From Carcharhinus longimanus (taxonomy: Eukaryota): 64,000 bases of DNA. The notes under the pieces were generated by a model. That model saw only the letters and a list, made by a program, of their open reading frames with translations. It was not told the DNA's origin and did no database searches. Below are positions 1-10,887 of this stretch, one piece after another (position 1 is the stretch's first letter; every line of letters starts with the position of its first letter). The stretch covers positions 91,987,866 to 92,051,865 of the forward strand of contig JASCQW010000043.1 in assembly GCA_030264375.1 (NCBI GenBank), in the 5' to 3' direction. Position numbers and translations under genes: made by a program.

Positions 1-585
1 TAGATCAGTATAGCAAAAAGTAAACAGTTTTTGTCAGGAAGCTGCTCTCAACTTGAACGAGAGAGAGAGAGAGAGAAACCCTCAGCAAGCAGCTGTGAAA
101 CATGCAGCTCCAGCAGTTAAAGTAGACTAGGAAATTGGAGATAAAGTCTTAAAGCTGTAAAAGGGTTTTAATTGCACGTTAGAGTTAAGTCGACTAAGGC
201 AAAATGTCAAAGAATATTGTTAATCAAGAAACCAGGCTCAAGGAACCAAGAAGAGGAGAAGAGTCCTGAGATCCACAGGAAAGGCAATGTATTGTGTCCT
301 GCTTCAACTAGTGGAATATTAAGTATTAATCTTCGTTGTCCAATAAACCTTGATATTTTCCATTCTGTAACAGATGTCCTTTTTGCCAACTTGGTTATTC
401 CTTGCAAGATTTTTTTTTAACTTTGGGGTTTAGTACAGATACTAAATTCCAACAGCTTGGAGACCAGTGTAACAGAAATTATAAAGGTTTTATTTCAGGT
501 TCTCCTACTATTGGCTTGTGCTGTCAGCTGATTTCCCAGATAAAAATATGGAGCCCCTCAAGTAACAACAAAATTGGGGATGGGA
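1..585 (+). mobile_element. Possible 3' part of an LTR followed by a degenerate primer-binding site
   Basis: Ends ...GTAACA followed by AAAATTGGGGATGGGAT, loosely resembling a tRNA-Pro PBS (TGGGGGCTCGTCCGGGAT). No partner LTR is seen. Confidence 0.25.
59..76. repeat. (GA)9 microsatellite
   Basis: Directly visible. Confidence 0.95.
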
Positions 586-623
586 TGATTTAGCAATTTC
601 ATTTGTTTTCCTTTCAAACTGCT

Positions 624-1180
624 TTTGATATGATTTGATTTATTACTGTCGCATGTATTAACATACAGTGGAAAATATTGTTTCTTGCACCCTATACAGA
701 CAGGGCATACTGTTCATAGAGAAGGAAATGAGAAAGTGCAGAATGTAGTGTTACAGTCATAGCTGGGGTGTAGAGAAAGATCAATTTAGTGCAAGATAAG
801 TCCATTCAAAAGCCCGACAGCAGCAGGGAAGAAGCTGTTCTTGACCTCAGATGTTTGTATCTTTTTCCTGCCAGAAGAAGGTGAAAGAGAGAATGTCCAG
901 GGTGTGTGGAGTCCTTAATTAAACTGGCTGCTTTGCCAAGGCAGTGGGAAGTGTAGACAGAATCAATGGATGGGAGGCTGGTTTGTGTGATGGATTGGGC
1001 TAATTTCACAACCTTTTGTAGTTTCTTGCAGTCTTGGGCACAGCAGGAACCATACCAGAAAGAATGCTTTCTATAGTGTATCTGTAAAAGTTGGTGAGAG
1101 TCGTAGCTGACATGCCATATTTCCTTAGTCTTCTGAAAAGTAGAGGCGTTGGTGGGCTTTCTTAACTATAGCGTCAGCAT
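624..1180 (-). mobile_element. Rex1/Babar-like LINE, 5'-truncated 3' end
   Basis: ORF 806-1009(-) AQSITQTSLPSIDSVYTSHCLGKAASLIKDSTHPGHSLFHLL..GKRY..LRSRT matches the Rex1/Babar ORF C-terminus. The 3' end is AATAAATC(AAATC)n-like, and the same 3' UTR recurs at 2228, 3198, 11188 and 12429. Confidence 0.85.
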
Positions 1181-1843
1181 AATATCTCTCCAGGTTCAAC
1201 GAAGATTCTCAATAGGGTGTTACAAGCAGAGCCCAACTGTTAAATTAAGTCAAAATTATTGAAACCGAGCAGTTCCATACAGGCAGATTCTCTGGATCAT
1301 TCAAAAACTTGCCAGGAAAACACACTTGCAATAAAAAAGTGCTTCCATTTCAAAAATATTTTGCGATTTTCCCAGTGATAGCGAGCAGCATAATATCTCC
1401 TGAAGGATTTTAAAGTGGTATCACTTCTCTCACAGTGAGAGGTACGAACCAAAACATGACCATTAAACTTCCCTTCACTTTCAGATTCCATTGTACTGTC
1501 TACCACAACAATGAAATTAATCTTTGAGTGTATCTTTGCTTTAGAGAGACACCAAGTGACCGCAGCACCTTGCATGGAAGTCAGACACAATGTCAATATT
1601 GCTTACGCTCTGATTCCTAGCAACAAAGAACTCATTGAACCAGCAGATAGCCTCTGCCCCACTGTAACTCTATGAGTTACGTAACTGTAACTCTATGAGT
1701 TACAGTGGATTTTGTTAAATGGGAAGTTTAACAATCTCTGGAGAAACTCTAATGCCAGTTGCTGCATTTAAAGAAATGCCTCAAGGAAGTTTTTGCTTGT
1801 TGCAGTCTGAGGCTTGCAGCTTGCATTGGTGCCTGACTTAAAG

Positions 1844-2474
1844 CAGTGATGGGCAACTTAGGCTAGTAAGCGTGGGCCACATTAGTAACCCTCTGTCATC
1901 TCAGTGGGCCACAAGGTTAAATCAGGCTTGTTAACTAATCATAATCCCATGAAAAAGATTAAATACATTTAATACATGCTGGATATTTCATAACAAGTCG
2001 TAGAAAATGTTTAATCATGTATCAATAGAACTATCTTCAACTTGAAATGGTAAAAACAAAATAAGTACGCTTTGGATGCAGAGGGAGCGGATGGCTCTCA
2101 CAGTCAATGTTGTGTGCAATCAGCATGCACCTCACTTGCTCTTACTTCATGTGCGTATGTTTTACTGGTAGGAAAAAAACTATGCAAATTGAAATCTGTG
2201 AAATTTGGCAACCCTGCATGTGGACAATGATTTGATTTGATATATTATTGTCACATGTATTAGTATACAGTGAAAAGTATCATGCACTATACAGACAAAG
2301 CGTATATAGAAAAGGAAAGGAGAGAGTGGAGTATGTAGAGTTACAGTCATAGCTAGGGTGTAGAGAAAGATCAGCATTAATGCAAGCCAGAATTAACAAT
2401 GACCAACAAAGTGTCTCGTGGGCCACATTCAGCACCCAGAAATGTGACCCCTAGGTCACAAGCTCCCACCACTG
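1844..2474. mobile_element. hAT-like non-autonomous DNA transposon (MITE) interrupted by a Rex1 3' fragment
   Basis: Imperfect terminal inverted repeats CAGTGATGGGCAAC ... GCTCCCACCACTG, with repeated subterminal GTGGGCCACA motifs. Confidence 0.65.
2228..2385 (-). mobile_element. Rex1/Babar-like LINE 3' UTR fragment
   Basis: Near-identical to the 3' end of 624-1180. Confidence 0.85.
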
Positions 2475-2992
2475 GTCTCAAGACTCACCAAAATGATGAA
2501 CTCTGAGAATTCACCAGCATCACTCCCAGCATATCATACTGATAGCCTACAACATCAGAAGGCACTAATGCTACTGCATGCAACAGTCTTGTTGTTTAAT
2601 TCCCCTAGAATTCAACCTGAGGTTGCTACTCAACACTAAGTCAAATACTGACATTGGAGAAGTGCACTTTACTAGTAGGAAGTCATAAAATTCCAGTCCT
2701 GCTGTCAGTCATCAAAAAGTTTTGACACTTAAAAGTCACATCTTTTTTAAACTTTCTCAGATATAGCTCTCTGATTGGATCCGACAGACAGATTCACTTG
2801 TAAACATAAAGAGCCGACTTTTCCTGAAAGTCTTTAGCGTTAATTTTTCACTTACATTTCTACCCCGCTGCCTGGACTGTCTGCAGCCAATGAGCACTAC
2901 CAATGAGCCAAGTGCACACATGTTCAAAAATAGCACCTCTCCTTTCCCTGGCTTCACTAACTTATTCACAAGTATTAACTATGGACACGCAT

Positions 2993-3097
2993 CCGGTTTC
3001 CTCCCAAGTCCAAAAGATGAGCTGGTTAGGTGCATTGGCCATGCTAAATTCTCCCTCAGTGTACCCAAACAGGCACCAGAGTGTGGTGACTAGGGGA
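2993..3097 (+). mobile_element. V-SINE (HE1-like) fragment, ends at an assembly gap
   Basis: Near-identical to 4090-4212 (GGTTTCCTCCCA..CATTGGCCATGCTAAATTCTCCCTCAGTGTACCC). Confidence 0.8.
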
Positions 3098-3197
3098 NNN
3101 NNNNNNNNNNNNNNNNNNNNNNNNNNNNNNNNNNNNNNNNNNNNNNNNNNNNNNNNNNNNNNNNNNNNNNNNNNNNNNNNNNNNNNNNNNNNNNNNN

Positions 3198-3276
3198 ATG
3201 CTTTGTCTGTATAGTGCGCAAGAAACAATACTTTTCACTGTATACTAATAAATGTGACAATAATAAATCAAATCAA
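3198..3276 (+). mobile_element. Rex1/Babar-like LINE 3' tail
   Basis: Reverse complement of the other copies, ending AATAATAAATCAAATC. Confidence 0.85.
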
Positions 3277-3319
3277 CAACTGCAAGAAACATACCATGGA
3301 GAGGCTGGAGAATCTTGCC

Positions 3320-3735
3320 CAGCATTGCTCACTCCTCCCTCTGCAGAAAAGCACATTGAATAGCTGAAATTTTTGGCTTTACCTTGCTCCTGGCCCTACT
3401 TGTCAGTACTCAAAGAAGGATCTCAGTGATGTGATTCATCAGGGGTTCACATTCAATTGCTGTGCTCAGGGAGTGCAATTTATACGGCCCTCTGGGATTT
3501 CTCCAATATCACATACTTCATTAAGGATGATGTCCATTCCAAGTTCTGAAGTTTTCATTTAGTTGGTGCCTATTTCAGCCAAGCCACTGGCCTTATCATT
3601 CTTATTTATTGCTGTCAGCTTTCATGATTGTTGGACTATCTTCTTAACTGCTGGCTTTCCTTCTTATCTGTTGTGCTCAATTAACTCTTGCACGTATTCA
3701 GTCTGTCTTGCAAGCACTCGGTCTCTTTCAGGGAT
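3320..3735 (-). mobile_element. Decayed RTE (BovB-like) LINE, RT N-terminal fragment
   Basis: Manual minus-strand translation across stops/frameshifts: ERDRVLARQTEYVQELIE..KASGLAEI..IGEIPEG..AIECE.LMNHITEILL..RARSKVKPKISAIQCAF. This resembles RTE RT subdomains 0-2. Confidence 0.75.
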
Positions 3736-4003
3736 AACTTCCCCACGAAGGGAAGGTAAAACCATAGCTGCCTTAAAGATCTGCCTCAATACACACACCA
3801 ATTTATTTCCAATCAGATATTACATTTGAATTTCTGTACATGGTAGAAGGGAACTTCTTCAAATTATCACTAGTATCAATGTACTTTCATTAGTACAACA
3901 ACATGGGAAAATTACCCAAACAAAAAGGTAGGCATCTACAATCTGATTGAACTGTTGTACCTCCCTGAAGGCAATTTTTTTATTATTGGTTAATTTATAA
4001 CAA

Positions 4004-4274
4004 GCAGCTTCACAGTGCCAAGGGCCCAGGTTCAATTCCAAACTTGGATGACTGTGAGGAGTTTGCATGTTCTCCCTGTGTCTGCATGGGTTTCCTCTGG
4101 GTGCTGCAGTTTCCTCCCACAGTTCGAAAAGTGTGCTGTTTAGAGTGCATTGGCCATGCTAAATTCTCCCTCAGTGTACCCAAACAGGCACCAGAGTGTG
4201 GTGACTAGGGGATTTTCACAGTAACTTCATTGCAGTGTTTAATATGACCCTACTTGTGACTCTAATAAATAAAA
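4004..4274 (+). mobile_element. V-SINE (HE1-like) with alternative 3' tail
   Basis: tRNA-like B-box GGTTCAATTCC, V-domain GGAGTTTGCATGTTCTCCCTGTGTCTGCATGGGTTTCCTC, and a tail ending AATAAATAAAA. Confidence 0.85.
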
Positions 4275-4594
4275 ATATCGTTAACTGATCCATTGAGACA
4301 AATAAAAAAGTTACAATGAAAACACATTATTCTTAACAAAATACAAGGACCATAACACAGTGTGGAAAGTTATGTTCTCCCACATGGCTTCCTACTCAAA
4401 CACATGGTCTGAAATTTGCTCAGGAATGCTCCTGCTCTATTTACCTTTGTGAAAGTGCATTCCTTTACACTTCCAGCAAAAGTGTAGCAGTAATCAGGAC
4501 CAACTTTGAGAAAATGTCAGATCAAGCTTTCAGTATGATATCGATTAAAAAAAAACAAATTATGTCATTTTTATTCAAGAGAGTCAAAAGGTTC

Positions 4595-6140
4595 TAGACC
4601 TAAAAATTGTTTCCTCCCATTTTCGTGCAGAGGTTATGATTCATTATCTGTCCGTGCCCGCTCCCTCTCTGACAAGCAGTAATGCAAATTTTATGTGATT
4701 TTAGCATTCAGCTTATTGGGACTGAGTTGCTGACTGGCTGAATGGTCACAGCCGGCTGAACAGTGTACATGGTTGGCACATGTTCCAGCCAGTCCGCACC
4801 TCTTCAAGGAGAACTGCACTTAGTAGAAGGAAACTGCTGCTGACTGAACTTAGTGCAATTGACTGGAAGAAAAGCGGAACAAATGGAGCGCCAGGGAATA
4901 CAGAGGGATCCAGCATCCACAAACATGGTTCAGGAGGCCTTGATCATAGATGTCGATAAGATTCCCTACCCTGAAACCAGAAAATGCCGCCCAAGGTCAA
5001 CGAGCCTCTCCATGGTCCACCCCTTGCCTGCTACAATTCACGTGGTGGGTGGAACGGGAAAATTAACCCCTATGTTTCCACAGGAGGCCAGAGACCCTAA
5101 AGTGACTCACTTTGAAAGGACTGGGAGCAGATGACCCGGGAGATAAACGCCCACAATCTGACCCCAAGAACTTGACAGTGTTGCCACAAGTTCAATGACC
5201 TCACAGAGGCGGCCAGGCTCAGTGAATGCATATCTGCATGATCTCATGTACACATTGCAGCACCAACATTTCCTGATGATTGGTGCACCACATCCCCATC
5301 ACTCACTCCACTGAAGAAGCTTAACATCATCCAGGACAAAGCAGCCTGCCCAATTGACACCCATCCACCACCTTCTCCATTCATTCCCTCCACTACTGAT
5401 GCACAGTGGCAGCAGTGTGTACCATCTCAAAGATGCATCGCAGGAACTTGCCAAGGCTCCTTCAACGGTATCTTCCCAACCTGTGACCTCTACCATCTAG
5501 AAGGACAAGGGCAGCAGACATGTGGGAATCTTACCACCTGCAAGTTCCCTTCCAAGCTATACATCATCCCCTGACACAAGGAAAAAAGAAGAAATCATGG
5601 GGTTAGGAGTGACTGAGCTGGCATCTGATGTCACCAAGATCATAAAGGATGACAATATGTTCTCACCCATGCTCTTTCTCAACTATTACCCTCAACCTCA
5701 TCCTGTTTTCTGGCAATCTGTTGATGGTGTGATCATGTCTGCAGCTTTCCATAACTCCCCCTTCCCTCACCACAACACTGACCTTTCTTCCAAATCCAGC
5801 TACTCACCACAAAACCTCCACAAATGTTCCACAGTACTTCCACAAACTTTTCAATAACAAGTAATTCAAAAGCATCTCAGTCAAATGACTGGCCCTTTAA
5901 ATAATGCTAGCGAGAAGCGCATGATGGAATGGGTGTCCAGTGGACGTGCGCAGTCCATGTTCTAGAAACATGCGTCAAATTAGCTAGAAGGTTGCGTGAC
6001 ATCACACTTCCAACTCAAAACTTCCAGCCTGTGCTAAGTGCTCTTCCCAGTGTGGAGTGCTGGAAATGGCCAGAAGCACTTTGGGCTTTCCGGTGGTGGA
6101 GCACCATCCTGTAGCCCTCAATCTGCAAACTTTAAGAAAT
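4595..6140 (+). mobile_element. PIF/Harbinger-like transposon remnant with a decayed Myb/SANT-like exon
   Basis: The left end aligns with 10888-11170. About 5176-5217 encodes QCCHKFNDLTEAAR, matching the QCRKKFNDL helix of Myb/SANT-like Harbinger accessory proteins. Confidence 0.55.
5300..5572 (+). mobile_element. CR1/L2-group LINE 3' ORF fragment (same family as 6145-8855)
   Basis: KKLNIIQDKAACPI..HSFPPLLMHSGSSVYHL. Reverse-complement similarity to 6300-6500 and 46780-46980. Confidence 0.75.
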
Positions 6141-6144
6141 GAAT

Positions 6145-8855
6145 TCTCAATACATGAGTGTCACTGTCAAGGCCACATCTCATGATCATCCCTGAGAAGG
6201 TAGTCTCTGAACCTCTGAGACCGGGTGAGAATTTCAGAATTTTGACCTGATGATAAGAAAATAACAGCAATAAAGGTTCAGGAACTTGGAGGTGATGCCA
6301 TTCTCAGAAAACTGCCACTCTTGACCCACTCAATGGTAAAGGTCAAAGGGAGGAAGGTTCTGTTGAAGTAACAGTGACTTACTGCAGTGCATGCCATAGT
6401 TGTGGTAATGGAAGAGGTCGCTATTGAGTTTGGTGGCATGGGCAGCAATCAAGTGAACATCTCTTTGCTGGTTGGTATTGAGCTTCTTGATTGTTGTTGT
6501 AGCTGCACCCATCCAGGTAAGAAGTGAGTGTTTTATCAGACTCATGATTTGAGCCATACTGATACTAAAGGAGGATCAAAAGGTGAATCATTCATCACAG
6601 GGCAAAGAGTTTCTGTCCTACTCTTGTAGCCATGACATGGAATCGACTATCCCAATTTAATTTCTGCTCCACAGTGCACCTATAGATGTTATGGTAAGGG
6701 AACTTGCTGATTGTTGTGTCATTGAAGGTCAAGGGGAAATGACTGGACTTTCCCTTGTTCACAATTACCTGGCGCTGATGTTACCAGTCACTTGTCAGCC
6801 AAGTCCGCATGTTTTCCAGGTCCTATTATGAGCTGACATAGGCTGCTTCATTATGACAGGTTTTGTGAAAGGAGCTGATTCAACAACAAACATGTCCTAA
6901 TCCTGACCTCATGATGGGGGAAAGGTGATTAATGAGACAGTCAAGGGCACTTCCCTGAGGAACTCCGGCAGTCATATCCTGGGATTGTGATGATTGGTCT
7001 CTGAGAACAATGGTCAACTTCCTCTAAATCAAGTATGATTTCTTGATTGGAGAAGTCATCCATCTATTGGAAAGTTTTCTTGCATTGACTTCAGTTTTTC
7101 TAGTGCTCCTTGGTGCCATACCTGGTCAAAGGTTACCTTGATTTTGAGGCAGTGTCCTCTAGCACTCAATACTTGCATCCATTCTGGATCAAGGCTATGA
7201 TGAGGATTGAAGGAGAGTTATTCTTTTGGAACTTAAATTGACCATCAGTGCGCAGGTTATAGCTGAGCAGATAGTGCTGGATATCACTATCAATAACTCA
7301 TTTCATCACTTTATTGATGATTAGAATTTGCTGAAAAGAAGGAATTTGCTGGGTTTGATTCATCCAGTTTTTTGTGACTAAGCTAATAACCGAGCAATCT
7401 TCGACAATGACGGGTTGATGTCAATTTCAAAGCTGTTCTGTAACAACTGATAGGAAAGTACACAGTTCACCAATACAGCAACTTTGATGCTGTAAGTATA
7501 AATATACTTTGATCTGTCCAATGTACTCAGTAACTTCTTAATGTAGCTTGAAGTGAATAAAATGGACTTGATACCAGGGATTGGTATCTCAGGAGAAAAG
7601 CAAACAGGATCGTACACTCAACACTTTCGGCTAACGGCACTGGGAGCAGTTCAGCCTTGTATCCTGCACTTATAACTAAGCTCCATCATAGCTGAGGATG
7701 GGAATATTCATGGACCCTCTTTTTATCACAAAATCAATTAGCACTGTTGATTATTTGCTGATTTTGGTCTTTAGCATAGAATAACCCTATATATATATTC
7801 ATTTCTTCCATACCTCATTCTAAATTATGCTTGCTGCTGAGTTTGATATGTCCCTCTACACTTTCCATTGAACCAGAGTTAATTTTCTGGGGAATTATGA
7901 AGTGAGGGTTTTTCTGGGCTATGAAGTTACATATTGTGATGCTTTACAATTAAGTTGTTGCTGTTGACCCCATCGGATCTCCAGTTTTCAGCTGCCAGAT
8001 CCATTTGAATTCTGTCACAGCTAGCGTGGTGATAGTGCCACATTATATAATGGAAGTCGAGATTATGTTTTCATAGGACTGTGTGGTGGTCAATCCTGTC
8101 AATTCCATTGTGGACTGACATGCCAATGATAGGTAGGTTGGTGGTGATGCAATCAGGTTGGTTATTCCCTCTTGTTGATTCTCTTAACACTTGTTTTAAG
8201 CACAGGTGGATTGCTACTTCCTTCCTCAGCCAGCTTGGTTAGTGATCTTACCACTAAGATATTCTTGATATTGGAGCTGCTCTTCATGAGGTTTGGAGAC
8301 AACATTGAGAGCTCTCAGGGCCATTCCTCCCTGACTGTATGGGCGGAATTTACCACCTCGTCTGCCCAGAATTGGAGCGGGCGAGGTTCGCAGAATGACA
8401 TTCTCTGTTGGCCTTGGGCGGCCAACAGAGCCTTGGGCAGGTGAAGTGGTAAAATTCCAACATACATCTCTGTGCCCAACATCTGATGGGCCTATCTTAC
8501 TGATGGCACAGAACATACACACAGGTGGTGATTGGCTGAATGTGGCTCTGTCAGGCTGTTATATAAGAAGTCAGTAGGTCAACTCTCCCAATTGGAGCAC
8601 TGAATCCAGATGTTGTGAGAAGAACTTTGCAGGATCAACCAGACTGAGACAGTTTCAGTCTTATCTTTGATGTTTGGCCATAACTGATAGATCCATCTAA
8701 TTTTTCAGCTTAGTGAAGTTTGTAGTATTTGTTTATAAATCTCGATGGCTTGCTAGGTCACTTCCGAGGATATTAAGAATCAACTACATACAGAGTTTCC
8801 AGATCAGAAAGAAGAGGCAAGTTCCTTTCTCTGATAAATTCAATTTTATTGCTGT
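6145..8855 (-). mobile_element. Near full-length decayed LINE (APE endonuclease + RT; CR1/L2 group)
   Basis: Minus-strand motifs: endonuclease start near 8600 (..LQLGEL..QPD), ALKIKVTFDQVWHQG (~7110-7150), AGVPQGSA (~6945-6972) and HSLLTWMGAATTTIKKLNTNQ (ORF 6330-6557). The 3' tail lies at ~6150. Confidence 0.8.
8340..8462. mobile_element. MITE inserted in the LINE
   Basis: TIRs TGGGCGGAATTTACCAC / GTGGTAAAATTCCAACA, flanked by TA on both sides. Confidence 0.8.
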
Positions 8856-8879
8856 TGGCTGACGCTTGATTCAAGGATA

Positions 8880-9595
8880 ATGTCTACTCAGGGTGGCAAG
8901 CTTATGCCACAGGCCTTCATGTGACAGAACAGATCGATTCTCAACCCACAGATCTTTGGGCACGGAGCAGGATATCCCACTGACAGTAGGATCCAAAATG
9001 CAGGATTTGCTGCCTCTTCTTTCCGTCTCCACTGCCACTATACCTCATCATCAAGATGTTGTGACACAAAGGAACTTGTGGCTTGAGCAGCTTGATGTAC
9101 AAGTCGTCAGCCATTTTGAACCATTGGTAGCAAGCTCATCCTCAATCATTAATGTCAGTACTGCCACATGGTAGGGAGAGCTTCAGAGTGTCTTTGAAGC
9201 ATTTTCTCAGTCATCTCCTGGAATGCTGGCCATTTGAGAGTTAAGAAAACAGAGCCTGGCACAGGGGACACTTTTCAGCCATCTGGACAGTGTCCAATCT
9301 ATCAAAGGTGACCTTGCAGGGGTTTTGCCTGAATGCTAATGGAGCTGACATCAAGAGGACGCTGGTGTTTGTCTGACAGTTCTATGACTGAATGCGGAGG
9401 ATGTGACAGAGGCATTGCTGAAGGAATTGCTCTAGCACTCCACATGTCACCGGTACACAATCCAGGTCTCACTGCAATACAGGAGTGCAGTGATAATAAC
9501 TACTCTGCACAGTCGCACTTCTGTTGGCTTGCAAATGTCTTTGTTGTCAAACACTCACTGCGGTGATTTGTAGAAGGCTGAGCTGAAGCAACTAA
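8880..9595 (-). mobile_element. RTE LINE 3' part
   Basis: Minus-strand SSAFYKSPQ*VFDNKDICKPTEVRLCRVVIITALLYCSETWIVYR, the RTE LLYGSETW motif. Confidence 0.8.
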
Positions 9596-9599
9596 ACCA

Positions 9600-10465
9600 G
9601 TGCCCAGACCTTTGGGTTTGAGCATAGTTCTCACTCGGTGGGTTCGACAACACAATGCTGAAATATATAACCACCTAGAACAAAAACAAGCAACCTTCAT
9701 TGCCTGGCAGGACAACACAAGGTCACAGGCAAAGGACACAGCACTCCAAAAGATCAAGACTGATGCCCAAAGACAAATCCAGAAGATAAAAGGCAAGTGG
9801 TAAAAAGAGAAAGCCCAAGAGATCCAGCACTATGTTGAGTATCAGGACATGTGAAGTTTTTTTGAAACCACCAGGGCCATCTACAGACTAAAGTCAAATG
9901 GACAAAATCCCCTTTCTCACAGGAAAAAATAACAACATTTTGAACAATTCCTCACCTGTGAACCCACAGTGGCAGCTGTAACTCTCCAGGCTGTCCCCCA
10001 ATACCCTGGGTAGAATCCATGGGTGAACTACTGTTGATGAATGAGCTGCAACAAGCAATCAAATGGATGAAAAACACCAAAGCCTGCAGCCCCAATGGTA
10101 TTCTAACTGAGGTTTTAAAAGCTGGTGGGCTTTTACTCACATCACAACTCCATGCACTCATCCGACAGATTTGGGAAGAAATAGAACTTCCCCCAGTTTC
10201 AAAATGTCACAATTGTAACCAGCTTGAAGAAGGGTGATTAAACATGCTGTGGGAATTATCAAGGTATTTCCCTCTTGTCCATAGCATTCACCTGAATCAC
10301 CCACTTCCCATTGCAAAGGTTATCCCCTCCCCAGAGACACAGTGTGGCTTTAGACCTGTCAGAGGGACCTCCGATATGGTCTTTGTTGCCAGAAATATCC
10401 AAGAAAAGTGTTGAGAATAATACCAGGAACTCTGCATTGCCTTCACCAATCTGACCAAAGCATGA
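9600..10465 (+). mobile_element. RTE LINE internal part (linker + RT N-terminus), inverted relative to 8880-9595
   Basis: ELQQAIKWMKNTKACSPNGILTEVLKAGG..LHALIRQIWE, YQGISLLSIA, PETQCGFRP, AFTNLTKA. Confidence 0.85.
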
Positions 10466-10887
10466 GATTTGCAAGTCTCAAACCAAACAGCTTTCTGGCT
10501 CCATATTCCTCCAGCTAATCAGCTATGGCAGACATCAACATTCAGACTCAGAGCAGCTTTCAAGGCCGGGGGATGGGTGGTGGGCAGAGCTTTCAAGGGC
10601 AGAAATTCTTTCCACTTAGGGACAGAGCTCCCATACTCAACTGGTTAAGGCTATCTGCAGCAATAAAGTTGCTGGGTTGTGAGCATTACACCCCACTGTA
10701 AAATTAATCCCACTGTGCTAAGCTCAGGCCTGTGCTATTTGTTTCTTTTTTTACATTGGTATTGTTGCATTATCATTGATCTCACTATTTTAGCTATAAA
10801 ATGCAAAAAAAACTAAAGATAGTGAAGTATCATTTCATTGCTGTAATATTTGTGATCAATGTTTTGGGCAACCATCCAAATACATTA

